Positions 36,736-49,479 of a DNA stretch of 64,000 nt are shown here, one piece after another. The stretch is from Octopus sinensis (Eukaryota): contig NC_043006.1 of NCBI RefSeq assembly GCF_006345805.1, forward strand, positions 65,286,001 through 65,350,000, in the 5' to 3' direction. Below the pieces are notes generated by a model. That model saw nothing but the letters and a program-made list of their open reading frames with translations, had not been told where the DNA came from and made no database searches. Position 1 is the stretch's first letter. Each line of letters starts with the position of its first letter. Position numbers and translations under genes: made by a program.

Positions 36736-39700
36736 TTAACGTCCGCTTTCCATGCTAGCATGGGTTGGACGGTTCAACTGGGGTCTGGGGAGCCCGAAGG
36801 CTGCACCAGGCCAGTCAGATCTGGCAGTGTTTCTACAGCTGGATGCCCTTCCTAACGCCAACCACTCCGAGAGTGTAGTGGGTGATTTTATGTGCCACCG
36901 ACACAGGTGCCAGACGAGGCTGGCGAACGGCCACGCTTGGATGGTGTTTTTTTTTTATGTGCCATCGACACAGGTGCCAGACGAGGCTGGCAGACGGCCA
37001 CGCTCGGATGGTGTTTTTATGTGCCACCGACACAGGTGCCAGATGAGGCTGGTGAACGGCCACGATCGGATGGTGTTTGTTACGTGCCCACAGCACGGAG
37101 GCCAGTCGATGCAGTACTGGCTACGGCCACGTTCAGATGGTTTTCTTGTATGCCACCGGCACTGGTACCACAAAGATACAAATTCCATTGATGTTCATCT
37201 ATTTTGATTTGTTTGGATTTGATTTGATTTGATTTTGATTTTCACTTGCCTCAACAGGTCTTCACAAGTGTCACAAGAAGGAAGGTATGCACAGGTGGAC
37301 TGACTACGTCCCAGGTAGGGGCCACGGGTTATGGTCTGACTAGTCTTGCCGGGTCTTCGGATGGTGTTTTAATGTGCCACCGACACAGGTGCCAGATGAG
37401 GCTGGCGAACGGCCACGATCGGATGGTGTTTGTTACGTGCCCACAGCACGGAGGCCAGTCGATGCAGTACTGGCTACGGCCACGTTCAGATGGTTTTCTT
37501 GTATGCCACCGGCACTGGTACCACAAAGATACAAATTCCATTGATGTTCATCTATTTTGATTTGTTTGGATTTGATTTTGATTTTGATTTTGATTTTCAC
37601 TTGCCTCAACAGGTCTTCACAAGTGTCACAAGAAGGAAGGTATGCACAGGTGGACTGACTACGTCCCAGGTAGGGGCCACGGGTTATGGTCTGACTAGTC
37701 TTGCCGGGTCTTCGGATGGTGTTTTAATGTGCCACCGACACAGGTGCCAGATGAGGCTGGCGAACGGCCACGATCGGATGGTGTTTGTTACGTGCCCACA
37801 GCACGGAGGCCAGTCGATGCGGTACTGGCTACGGCCACGTTCGGATGGTTTTCTTGTGTGCCACCGGCACTGGTACCACAAAGATACAAATTCCATTGAT
37901 GTTCATCTATTTTGATTTGTTTTGATTTGATTTTGATTTTGATTTTGATTTTCACTTGCCTCAACAGGTCTTCACAAGTGTCACAAGAAGGAAGGTATGC
38001 ACAGGTGGACTGACTACGTCCCAGGTAGGGGCCACGGGTTATGGTCTGACTAGTCTTGCCGGGTCTTCGGATGGTGTTTTAATGTGCCACCGACACAGGT
38101 GCCAGATGAGGCTGGCGAACGGCCACGATCGGATGGTGTTTGTTACGTGCCCACAGCACGGAGGCCAGTCGATGCGGTACTGGCTACGGCCACGTTCGGA
38201 TGGTTTTCTTGTGTGCCACCGGCACTGGTACCACATAGATACAAATTCCATTGATGTTCATCTATTTTGATTTGTTTTGATTTGATTTTGATTTTCACTT
38301 GCCTCAACAGGTCTTCACAAGTGTCACAAGAAGGAAGGTATGCACGTCCCAGGTAGGGGCCACGGGTTATGGCCTGACTAGTCTTGCCGGGTCTTCGGAT
38401 GGTGTTTTTATGTGCCACTGACACAGGTGCCAGATGAGGCTGGTGAACGGCCACGATCAGATGGTGTTTGTTACGTGCCCACAGCACAGAGGCCAGTCGA
38501 TGCGATACTGGCTACGGCCACGTTCGGATGGTTTTCTTGTGTGCCACCGGCACTGGTACCACAAGGATACAAATTCCATTGATGTTCATCTATTTTGATT
38601 TGTTTAGATTTGATTTTCACTTGCCTCAACAGGTCTTCACAAGTGTCACAAGAAGGAAGGTATGCACAGGTGGACTGACTATGTCCCATGTAGGGACCAC
38701 GGGTTATGGCCTGACTAGTCTTGCCGGGTCTTTGGATGGTGTTTTTATGTGCCACCGACACAGGTGCCAGATGAGGCTAGTACCACATAGATACAAATTC
38801 CATTGATGTTCATCTATTTTGATTTGTTTAGATTTGATTTTCACTTGCCTCAACAAGTCTTCACAAGTGTCACAAGAAGGAAGGTATGCACGTCCCAGGT
38901 AGGGGCCACGGGTTATGGCCTGACTAGTCTTGCCGGGTCTTCGGATGGTGTTTTTATGTGCCACCGACACAAGTGCCAGATGAGGCTGGCGAACGGCCAC
39001 GATCAGATGGTGTTTGTTACGTGCCCACAGCACAGAGGCCAGTCGATGCGATACTGGCTACGGCCACGTTCGGATGGTTTTCTTGTGTGCCACCGGCACT
39101 GGTACCACAAAGATACAAATTCCATTGATGTTCATCTATTTTGATTTGTTTTGATTTGATTTTGATTTTCACTTGCCTCAACAGGTCTTCACAAGTGTCA
39201 TAAGAAGGAAGGTATGCACAGGTGGACTGACTACGTCCCATGTAGGGACCACGGGTTATGGCCTGACTAGTCTTGCCGGGTCTTTGGATGGTGTTTTTAT
39301 GTGCCACCGACACAGGTGCCAGATGAGGCTGGTACCACACAGATACAAATTCCATTGATGTTCATCTATTTTGATTTGTTTAGATTTGATTTTCACTTGC
39401 CTCAACAGGTCTTCACAAGTGTCACAAGAAGGAAGGTATGCATGTCCCAGGTAGGGGCCACGGGTTATGGCCTGACTAGTCTTGCCGGGTCTTCGGATGG
39501 TGTTTTTATGTGCCACCGACACAGGTGCCAGATGAGGCTGGCGAACGGCCACGATCAGATGGTGTTTGTTACGTGCCCACAGCACGGATGTCAGTCGATG
39601 CGGTACTGGCTACGGCCACGTTCAGATGGTTTTCTTGTGTGCCACCGGCACTGGTACCACAAAGATACAAATTCCATTGATGTTCATCTATTTTGATTTG

Positions 39701-40744
39701 TTTTGATTTGATTTTGATTTTCACTTGCCTCAACAGGTCTTCACAAGTGTCACAAGAAGGAAGGTATGCACGTCCCAGGTAGGGCCCACGGGTTATGGCC
39801 TGACTAGTCTTGCCGGGTCTTCGGATGGTGTTTTTATGTGCCACCGACACAGGTGCCAGATGAGGCTGGTGAACGGCCACGATCAGATGGTGTTTGTTAC
39901 GTGCCCACAGCACGGAGGCCAGTCGATGCGGTACTGGCTACGGCCACGTTCGGATGGTTTTCTTGTGTGCCACCGGCACTGGTACCACAAAGATACAAAT
40001 TCCATTGATGTTCATCTATTTTGATTTGTTTTGATTTGATTTTGATTTTCACTTGCCTCAACAGGTCTTCACAAGTGTCACAAGAAGGAAGGTATGCACA
40101 GGTGGACTGACTACGTCCCATGTAGGGACCACGGGTTATGGCCTGACTAGTCTTGCCGGGTCTTCGGATGGTGTTTTTATGTGCCACCGACACAGGTGCC
40201 AGATGAGGCTGGTACCACATAGATACAAATTCCATTGATGTTCATCTATTTTGATTTGTTTAGATTTGATTTTGATTTTCACTTGCCTCAACAGGTCTTC
40301 ACAAGTGTCACAAGAAGGAAGGTATGCACAGGTGGACTGACTATGTCCCATGTAGGGACCACGGGTTATGGCCTGACTAGTCTTGCCGGGTCTTCGGGTG
40401 TTGTTTTTAAGTGCCACCGACACAGGTGCCAGATGAGGCTGGTGAACGGCCACGATCGGATGGTGTTTGTTACGTGCCCACAGCATGGAGGCCAGTCGAT
40501 GCGGTACTGGCTACGGCCACGTTCAGATGGTTTTCTTGTGTGCCACAAAGATACAAATTCCATTGATGTTCATCTATTTTGATTTGATTTGATTTTCACT
40601 TGCCTCAACAGGTCTTCACAAGTGTCACAAGAAGGAAGGTATGCACAGGTGGACTGACTACGTCCCAGGTAGGGGCCACGGGTTATGGCCTGACTCGTCT
40701 TGCCGGGTCTTCTCACGCACAGCATATTTCCATAGGTCTCGGTC
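36706..40744 (-). mobile_element. 5'-truncated RTE LINE copy consisting almost entirely of a tandemly amplified 3' UTR (satellite-like array)
   Basis: (CAT)n at 36706-36735; tail nearly identical to 1140-1330; 12 copies of GTTCATCTATTTTGATTTG; 40700-40744 matches the LINE ORF end at ~2851-2894. Confidence 0.93.
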
Positions 40745-40869
40745 ACTATATCATCATTTAACATTAGGTTTCCATGCTGGCAAGGGTTGGATGGTTTGAC
40801 AGGGGCTGGCAAGGCCAGGAACCACACCTGGCCCTTCCTAATGCCAACCACTTTACAGACAAAGACCTC

Positions 40870-41130
40870 CCAGCTGAGAGAAGGAGACCATGATTTTTAC
40901 TTAGCTCGACATGTCTTCTCAAGCACAGCAAATTGTCAGAGATCTTAATCTCTTGTCATCTCCTCTTTGAAGCTCAAAATCTAAAGATCATTTCTCACTT
41001 CTTCATCCCATGTCTTCTTGGGTCTATCCCTTTCACAGGCTCCCTTCACAGTTAGAGACTGGTTCTTCTTTATGCAGCTGTCCTCATCCATACATATTAC
41101 CTGACCATACCACTACAGTCTTCTCTATTG
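40870..41130 (-). mobile_element. Old RTE LINE 3' ORF/UTR fragment
   Basis: Diverged match to the W.GHV...GRP.KTW...AVLEKT region. Confidence 0.6.
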
Positions 41131-41484
41131 ACACTGCATCTAATGTCTGACTTCTCTCTTGCACACACACACACACATTTACATATTTATATACCATGTA
41201 TAGTAGTTGTTTATGTATACATAGATACTCTGAATTACAAATATCTTTTATCTTTCACTTGTTTCAATCATTGGGTCTCAGTTATGCTCAGGCACCACTT
41301 TAAAGGGTTTAGTCAACCAAACCAACTCCAGTACTTACTTTTAAAAGCTGATGCAGCAGTATTGTTGTATTTTGGGGTTCCACGCATGCATACACACACA
41401 CACACACACACATATATTCGATGAGATTCCATCATTTTTGTCTACTACATCCGCTCACATGGCTTTAGTCAGCCTGGGTCTCTT

Positions 41485-41715
41485 GTAGAAGAAATTGTCT
41501 GACAGCCATGACTCGATCCTCCTGCTTTGTGGCATGGTGCAGAGTCCTGTTGCCAGACACAGGGTCGGTCTTCCAGCAGCCACCCTCTTCACCCAGGGCA
41601 GGACTACCTCATCCAGGCACTTAATATAAGCCTCTGTGTTGAGTCTGAGGTCTTGTGGGAAGATGAATGGAGGCATAATGTTGCCATCACTAGTGATCAC
41701 TCCCTGCATGATGGC
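41485..41715 (-). mobile_element. Internal fragment of a second maT/DD37D-like transposase
   Basis: GVITSDGNIMPPFIFPQDLRLNTEAYIKCLDEVVLPWVKRVAAGRP, then after a frameshift WQQDSAPCH; homologous to ~15770-15980. Confidence 0.75.
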
Positions 41716-43119
41716 CAATATAAGAGTGTGTTGAGAATGATAGCAGATCTGAGAGGTCTTGAGCTGGAGTATGGCAGAGGAGAAAGTGTGAGCACAGAAA
41801 GGTGATCAGTGGAAATTGTGTCCAAAGGGATGATAATGTGAATGAGAGATGGAAGTGATTGCAGAGAGAAGGAGGTCACTAAAACTGCAAAGAAAGGAAA
41901 GGCATATGTGTTGATTCTACTGTCATAATTACAGCAGACAAGTAGTGCCGTAGATAGAAGAATGATGGTTGTTAGGGAAGAATGCTTGATGTAGTAGAAA
42001 GGACAGAAGGGTAGAAGAGTAGAGTTACACATGTACAAGTACAACCAAGGGGGTTTAGGACATAATGATGGATGGCTCTTCTTGAGCACAACAAATTGCC
42101 AATATTCTCAATCCTTTATCATCTCCTCCACAAATAGATATCTTTACTCTTACTCTTTTACTTGTTTCAGTCATGTAACTGTGGCCATGCTGGAGCACTG
42201 CTTTTAGTTGAGCAAATCAACCCCAGGACTTATTCTTTGTAAGCCTAGTACTTATTCTATCTTTTGCTGAACCGCTAAAAATAGAGATTTTTAGGCAAAA
42301 CGTTTGGAAGGGGACGGGGAGAGGAGTTTCTGGAAAACAGAGTTTTGGATCAGACATCCCATGTAATTTGGAATTTCTCCATTTTGACAGGGATCTTTTA
42401 CAATGTTTTTCACCAAAGTCTTCAGAATGATGGGAGACATCTTTTCCCAAAAAAAGAAAATAATTTTGAAAAATATTTCTTTCACTCCCACTACCCCCTC
42501 ACCACCCCAGTCCGAAACGATTTTGACTATTTTTTTTTTCACTATGCACTTAAGACCCATGAGAGAAACATTTTCAGTTTTAAAAAAAATATTGTTAATA
42601 GTTTCAAAGGAAAAATGAGCATTAGTACACATGGTTCAATTCCCATATGTACAAATACACATTTTTTCTGTCATGGGTTTACATGTCTCAATATTAGACT
42701 ACTTTCTGTTGTCAATGCATACAGTGAAAATTTATAATTATATTTACAAAATTTTCACTTATCACCATTTCTTAATGTACACAGAATATATATATATGTG
42801 TGTGTGTGTGTGTATGGATTTGGTAGACGGAAACGGAAACTGGAAGAAGCCCATCGTATATACACATATATGTGTGTGTATATGTTTGTGTGTCTGTGTT
42901 TGTCCCCCCAACATCGCTTGACAACCGATGGTGGTGTGTTTACATCCCTGTAACTGAGCAGTTCAGCAAAAGAGACTGATAGAATAAGTACTAGGCTTAC
43001 AAAGAATAAGTCCTGGGGTCGATTTGCTCAATGAAAGGTGGTGCTCCAGCATGGCCGCAGTCAAATGACTGAAACAAGTAAAAGAATAAAAGAATACATA
43101 CACATATATGCACATAATA

Positions 43120-43532
43120 CAGAGCTTGCCAAAAAAATGTATACACACTTCCAGAAAGGAAAAAAATCTGTATAAATATTTTAATTCAGTATTATTGCTA
43201 TTTATTTAGTGTTATTGCAATAATTTGATAAAATATGAAAAAAGGGTGTCTCTTTTTATAGGAGTACTTATACAAGTCAAATATTGATACAGATGTGCGG
43301 ATGGCACGTAAAAAGCACCCACTACACTCACGGAGTGGTTGGCGTTAGGAAGGGCATCCAGCCGTAGAAACACTGCCAGATCAGACTGGGCTTGATGCAG
43401 CCTTCTGGGTTCATAGACCCCAGTTGAACCGTCCAACCCATTCTAGCATGGAGAGCAGACGCTAAATGATGATGATGATGTTGATGATTTTTCCTTTCCA
43501 GAAGTGTGCATACATTTCTTTGGCAAACTCTG
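43120..43532. mobile_element. Tc1/mariner-type MITE with TA target-site duplication and a nested RTE-tail insertion (~43290-43487)
   Basis: TA|CAGAGCTTGCCAAAAAAATGTATACACACTTC ... GAAGTGTGCATACATTTCTTTGGCAAACTCTG|TA; the nested repeat ends in (GAT)n. Confidence 0.82.
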
Positions 43533-43764
43533 TATATACATACACCATATTTTTCAGCGTGGTTGATGCAGCATTATGAAAGATGTGTCCTGATTTTGGA
43601 AATTTTTATACTTATGAATGCCCCACCTGCAGACTTGAGCTTTGACCAGTGAGCACACACAAAATACTTGTTATCAGATAAAATCGGAAAGTAAACTGAC
43701 AGAATGCTAATATCCATTGTTCAGAGAAATCACCAAACAATGGACACCTATCTGGTTAATTTAG

Positions 43765-44640
43765 GGTTAATTTAGCAAAGCCCAAAGTCCTGATAAGTAG
43801 GAAAACAGACAAATCATCGATCCCTTCAGAGAAATGCCCCTGCTCAATATGTAAAAGAGGTATCATGAGTAACTGCAAATGGTGTACCCAGTGCAAGCTA
43901 TGGACACATAAGAGGTGCAGTGGTATCACTGGAAGACTAACAGAGAAAGTAGTCTTTACATGTGGCAGATCTGCAGGTACATTAAACACCAAGAATGTAC
44001 AAAAAATTGACTCCCACAAAAGTCAGGGGGTCTCCTTAGAAATAGTAGACAGCTTCTGTTACTTAGGTGACCAAGTTAGTAGTGGTGGAGGTTGTTCTGA
44101 AAGCATAGCTGCTAGAATAAGAATAGGCTGTGCAAAATTCAGAGAGCCATGACCGCTGTTAGTAACAAAGGGTTTCTCCCTCAGAGTAAAAGGCAGATTG
44201 CATGACGTCTGTATATGAACAGCTATACTACATAGCAGTGAGACATGGTCTGTGACTGCTGAGGATATGTGAAGGCTTGAAAGAAATGAAGCCAGTCTGC
44301 TCTGCTGGGTGGGTAATGTCAGTGTGCATATACAATAGAATGTAAGTAATTTGAGATGAAAACTGGGTATACGTAGCATCAGATGTCATGTGAACAAGAG
44401 AAGACTGCACTGGTATGGCCATGTAATGTATATGAGTGAAGAGATTTGCATCAAGAGGTGCAGATCTCTAATAGTGGAGAGAACAGATGGAAGGGGTAGA
44501 CCCAGGAAGATGTGGGACAAAGTGGTGAGAAATGATCTTCAGATGTTGGGCCTGACAAAGGGGATGACAGGAGACCAAGACTCTAAGCAGCTTGCTGTGC
44601 TTGAGAAGATATGTCAAGCTAAGCTAATCATGGTTGTCTT
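43765..44640 (+). mobile_element. 5'-truncated RTE LINE fragment (RT C-terminal half including the PHD-like insert)
   Basis: RVNLAKPKVLISRK, CSICKRG...CTQCKLWTHKRCSGITGRLTEKVVFTCGRS, VDSFCYLGDQVSSGGGCSES, RRLHWYGHV, GRGRPRK.W. Confidence 0.9.
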
Positions 44641-45429
44641 TGCATACAGGCATGTCCCCTGCATCTCTCTCTCCAGCTGAGCATTCCTAATTTTGTGGGC
44701 TTGTGGGTGCTGGTGCCACATAAAAAGCACTTGTACCAGTGCTACATACAAGCACCCGTGCTGGTAGTGCATACGAGCACTCAGTACACTGTAAAGTAAT
44801 TGGAACAAAGAAGGGCATCCAGCCATAGAAACCATGCCAAAACAGATACAGGATCAGGGCAGCTTTTTAGCTGACCGGCTCCTGAAAAAATTGTCCAATT
44901 CATGCAAGCTTGGAAAATAGAAGTTGGATGATGATGATTATGATGATGATGATGATGATAAATATATCAATATTTGACAGAAGTAACAATGGATTCAAGG
45001 GCCGAAAGTTTCATGCATTAACACTTATAAAACTAGTTAAAAATCAAGGAGTTATAAATTTAGAAACCGGTGCTAATTTCATCTGGAACTATCCAGGGAA
45101 ATACCATTATCCCTGGTATATAAATTTATAACCCCTTGATGTGTAACTAGTTTGGTAAGTGCTAATGCACACAAAACTCTTGGCCCTTGAGTCATTCTGT
45201 CACTTCTGCCAAATATAAAAAAAATATATATGTATATTTATATTTTCTGTACTACTTTTCTTGATTGTATCCCCAAACCAGTACACACAACACAAACACA
45301 TGTATATATAAATAAATGAATTTGAATAGATATATTTATTTTCAAGCACTGACAATAGTACCCCAACAGTCTTCCTGCCCATGCTTCCGTGCCCACAGCT
45401 TTAAGGCCACCACATTCAATATTGGCAGA

Positions 45430-45670
45430 GGGAAAAGGACTAGAATGCAGAATGGAGATATGTGGATGTGTGCTGTGTGCAATAGCTAAGATGGATAGGA
45501 GCCTCAGTTAGATTCCTCATGGGCAAAGAAAATAGCTGCAAGTTCTTTTGGGTATGCAACAGCAATGGGGTGGGTTGTGTAGCCATACTTTTGGCAGAAA
45601 AATGGGATAAAGTAATCGTGGTATTTAGAGTGTGTGATGGAATAGTTAAACTGAGACTAGTTTTAGATAA
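45430..45670 (+). mobile_element. RTE LINE endonuclease (APE) fragment
   Basis: VDVCCVQ*LRWIGASVRFLMGKE...GVGCVAILLAEKWDKVIVVFRVCDGIVKLRLVL matches the APE pieces at 5495-5976. Confidence 0.75.
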
Positions 45671-46429
45671 ATCAGAAGGACCAAGTTAACAGGGTCCTTT
45701 TGCAGACCATCTTGCTAAAGAATGGCAGTGACTTTCCTGGTGTGGCTGGTGACCGCAACCAACATTGAAATGGACTCTATGATATACATAAAGGTTACAG
45801 CTTTGGCTCTAGAAATGAGGAAGATTCTGGAAGAAATGCCACTAAGCATTTTACCTAGTTCCCTAACAATTATGTCAGCTCATCACTTTCTATTTGGTAA
45901 ATAATGACAAGGTAAATAACGACAATAATGTGTCCAAGGTGGCAAGCCGGTAGAATTGCCAGCATGCCAGTTAAAATGCTTAGCAGAATTTTGTCTGTTT
46001 TTATATTCAGAGTTCAAATTCTGCCACGGTCAGCTTTGCCTTTCATCCTTTTGGGGCCAATAAAATAAGTACCAGTTGAGCACTGGGGTTGATGTAATCG
46101 ACTTACCCTCTCTGCTGAAATTGCTGGCCTTGTACCAAAATTTGAAACCAGTGAATAAAATGTTAGCTAAAATAGCTAAAATATATCTAAAAATATATAT
46201 ATTTTGTAATATAGTATAGCATTGTTATGAACCCCTGTTAACAGACCAGGACTTTGTTAATTGAACGCCTACATTTATGCCTAATCAGTGAACACTTATC
46301 ACATTACAGTATTAACTAGATGCATTTTATTGTGCCATTGGTACTTGAGGGGCCCCTCTACCTTGTATTAGTTTTTATTCAGCTACTAGTTTGCTTCTGT
46401 TGTCCATTTTTACCTCTTACATATAATCA

Positions 46430-46945
46430 TCATCATCATCATTATCATTTAATGTCTGCTTTGGAAGCTGGCATGGGTTGGATGGTTTGACTGAGGGCTG
46501 GCCAGCCAGAAGGCTGCAGGCTTCAATTTGATCTGGCAAAGTTTCTACAGCTGGATGCCTTTCCTTAAGCCAACCACTCTGAGAGTGTAGTGGGTGTTTT
46601 TTATGTGCCATCAGCATGAGGACTAGTCAGGCAGCACTGGCAACGACCACGCTTGAATGGTGCGTTTTATGAGCCACTGGCATGGGAACCAGTCAGGTGA
46701 CACTGGCATCGACCACTCTTGAATAGTACTTTTCATGTGCCACCAGCATGGTAGCCAGTCAGGTGGCACTGATATCGACCACTCTTGAATGGTAGTTTTC
46801 ATGTGCCACTGGCATGGGAGCCAGTCAGGTGGAACTGACATCAACCACTTTTGAATGGTACTTTTCATGTTCCACCAGAATGAGAGCCAGCCAGGTGGCA
46901 CTGGCATCGACCACTCTTGAATGGTACTTTGCATGTGCCGCCGGC
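46430..46945 (-). mobile_element. RTE LINE 3' UTR fragment with ~5 copies of the ~63-bp subrepeat
   Basis: Repeated AGCCAGTCAGGTGGCACTG(G/A)CATCGACCACTCTTGAATGGTA(C/G)TTTTCATGTGCCAC units. Confidence 0.82.
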
Positions 46946-47210
46946 ATTGTGTTTTAATTCCTTTCAGCCGTTTAGTATTCAGATTATTTTGTCAAATGTA
47001 AAAATTATTTATTCACATTGTTTCAGATTAATCCTGTATCATCTTGCAACTTTGAAATTTCAATGATGTGATTGTGTATTTTTAGAATGACATTGTAGGG
47101 TAGGTGTGAGAAGTCAGAACTGGCTTGTTCAAACATAAAACAAATAGAATATTTGGACCGGATATAGCTGGTTTAAATGTTAAACAGTTAAGTCCATGTG
47201 TAATCTAGAG

Positions 47211-47521
47211 CAGTGGTTCCCAAAGTGGGCAGTATTGCCCCCTGGGGTGGGGTGGAAAGTTCCAAGGGGAAGTTGAAGAAAAATAGGGTAATAATGGAGT
47301 AGCGATACATGCAAAATGTGGGGTGATAATGGGGTAGCGATTCATGTAAAAAACAACAAAATAATGGGTTCATTAGGTTAAGTTTTATTTATGTAATACA
47401 GTTGCTTTGAATTTATTTCAGAAAGAGGTCAATGTTTGTGCTGGTTAGTTGGGGTGGGTGCAGTAGGAGTGTGGCCTGGGTATCAAGGGGGTGGCAATCC
47501 GAAAAAGTTTGGGAACTACTG
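47211..47521. mobile_element. hAT (Charlie-like) MITE, 311 bp
   Basis: TIRs CAGTGGTTCCCAAA / TTTGGGAACTACTG; exact 8-bp TSD ATCTAGAG at 47203-47210 and 47522-47529. Confidence 0.92.
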
Positions 47522-48221
47522 ATCTAGAGCACTAGCAAGAGATATCCATCTGTCTCAATCTTTGGTATAGCAGGTTTAGCCGCCTGCCAGCACTTCAGTT
47601 TCTGTGGGCCTTCTCCGTGATGGTTTTTTTAGTGCCACGTTTTCCTTGGTGAGAGGAAGGAATTCCACATCAAGGTTTATTTTCAGCTTTCAATATATTG
47701 CTTTATATGCAGTCTCTGAGGACTTACCTCCCCTTACCATGATCTGTTTCATATGTTCTTTTATTGGTTATTCAGTAGCAATGAGGAAATATGATTGTGC
47801 AGGGCTACTGATCCTCTGCCTTCCACCTACTTCCTTTCTCAACCAGGCTTGTCAGCCACCCTAATGTAGACGGTGATATCATAATATCTCCATTAAAAAC
47901 TTCTTTCTCCATATAATACAGTGGAAAAAGGAAATAGCTTGAAAATATTTTTGTCTTTTAGTATGAAAATATATAGATAATTTGATATCTATGTATCACA
48001 CCCATAACTTATACAGGCACACACACACAAACACACACACACACACGCATAAAGACAAACACATACACACAAGCACTCATACATACACTTACACACTCAC
48101 ACATGCACACACACACACATCCAACACACTCATTCAGTCACACACACACACATCTCGAACACACACTCATTCAATCTCACACATGCACACACGCAAACAC
48201 ACACACATACACACACACATG

Positions 48222-48254
<33 letters not shown>

Positions 48255-49109
48255 ATGCACACCATTCATTCATCCACCAGGGCATGTATCTCTTCACCCA
48301 AAGGACCTTTTCTCTCTTGACTCCCCTAGTATCAGCTTTCTACATTTCATACTAGCTCCCCTTTCAAGGATCTACCTTTGTCATCATGCACATCTTGTCA
48401 GTTTAAGAGGACACATTTTTTAGGCACCTGGAAGGAATTCAAACTCAATACCATAAGATATCTGGTCTAACATCCCCTTACAGATCCACCAATCCACGGT
48501 CCAGGGATAGTACTTTGTTTATTGACCGCCAAAGGACAAATGACAAAGTTGACCTTGGCAGGATTAGATCTCAGAGAAGAGAGAGTCACAACAAATACCA
48601 CAAGGTTTGACTCCAATGCTCTATCGACTCATCCAATACACACACACACAGAGTCTATTGAGAAAAGTATAAGTGATAACCTGCAGATAAAATTATTTTT
48701 GATGGTCAAGGCCAGAATCTCTGTCTATCTGTCTCTCTGTCTCTCTCTGTCTCTCTTTCACACACACACACACACATACACGGATGCATGCACAGTGTTA
48801 TTTCAGTGATGCAAACTTAGATAAAGACCAGTTTAAGGCTAAAAAGGGAAACCAGACCTATCGACATGATTCAAACACACACATCTACGATTAGTCACAC
48901 AAACGGATGTGTTGTTGGTTACACCAACAGCAAAACTTACAAATCCCTCCATCACAAATAAAGTACTACATTTTCTTTTTTTCTTTTATTTTTGTTTATT
49001 ATTTGCTGTTATTGTATTTTATTAATGTGTTTTATTTGAATTATTTTTGACTTTTCTATTTATATCTCTTCCAGATAATCTGTCAGATACTTAGCATAGC
49101 AGGACAGGT

Positions 49110-49465
49110 TATGCTGCTGCTGCTGCTGCTACTGCATCATCAACATCTTCTTCTTCTTCTCATTCCACTTCCTCCTCCACCTCCTCCTCCTCATTTTCTT
49201 CTCCTTCTGCTTCCTCCCCTCCCTCTCCTTCTCCTTCCACTTCTCCTCCTCCTCCTTTTTTTCTCCTTCCCCTTCCTCCCCTCCTCCTCCTCATTTTCTT
49301 CTCCTTCCTCCTCCTCCACCTAATTTTCTTTTCCTGCTGCTTACTTCTCCTCTTGCTCTTCCTCCTCCTCTTGCTCTTCCTCCTCCTCTTGCTCTTCCTC
49401 CTCCTCTTGCTCTTCCTCCTCCTCTTGCTCTTCCTCCTCCTCTTGCTCTTCCTCCACATCCACTT
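49110..49465. repeat. Polypyrimidine (CCT/CTT) tract including ~6 copies of the 18-bp unit TTGCTCTTCCTCCTCCTC
   Basis: Directly visible; source of the KSKRRR and EEQEEE ORFs. Confidence 0.9.
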
Positions 49466-49479
49466 CCACCACCACCACC

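Noticed and set aside
36706-40744. Regularly spaced repeats as a CRISPR array or a repeated protein-coding gene family (many 60-160 aa ORFs)
   Set aside because: No unique spacers; units are near-identical copies of LINE 3' UTR, and ORFs appear in all frames and on both strands.
47724-47750. U1 snRNA-like ACTTACCT...ACCATGATC
   Set aside because: The intervening stem I sequence and the rest of U1 are absent; chance similarity.
47982-48423. His/Thr-rich ORFs (also 54681-55156, 16792-17053, 612-842 and similar)
   Set aside because: (CA)n, (TA)n and (TG)n microsatellite read-through.
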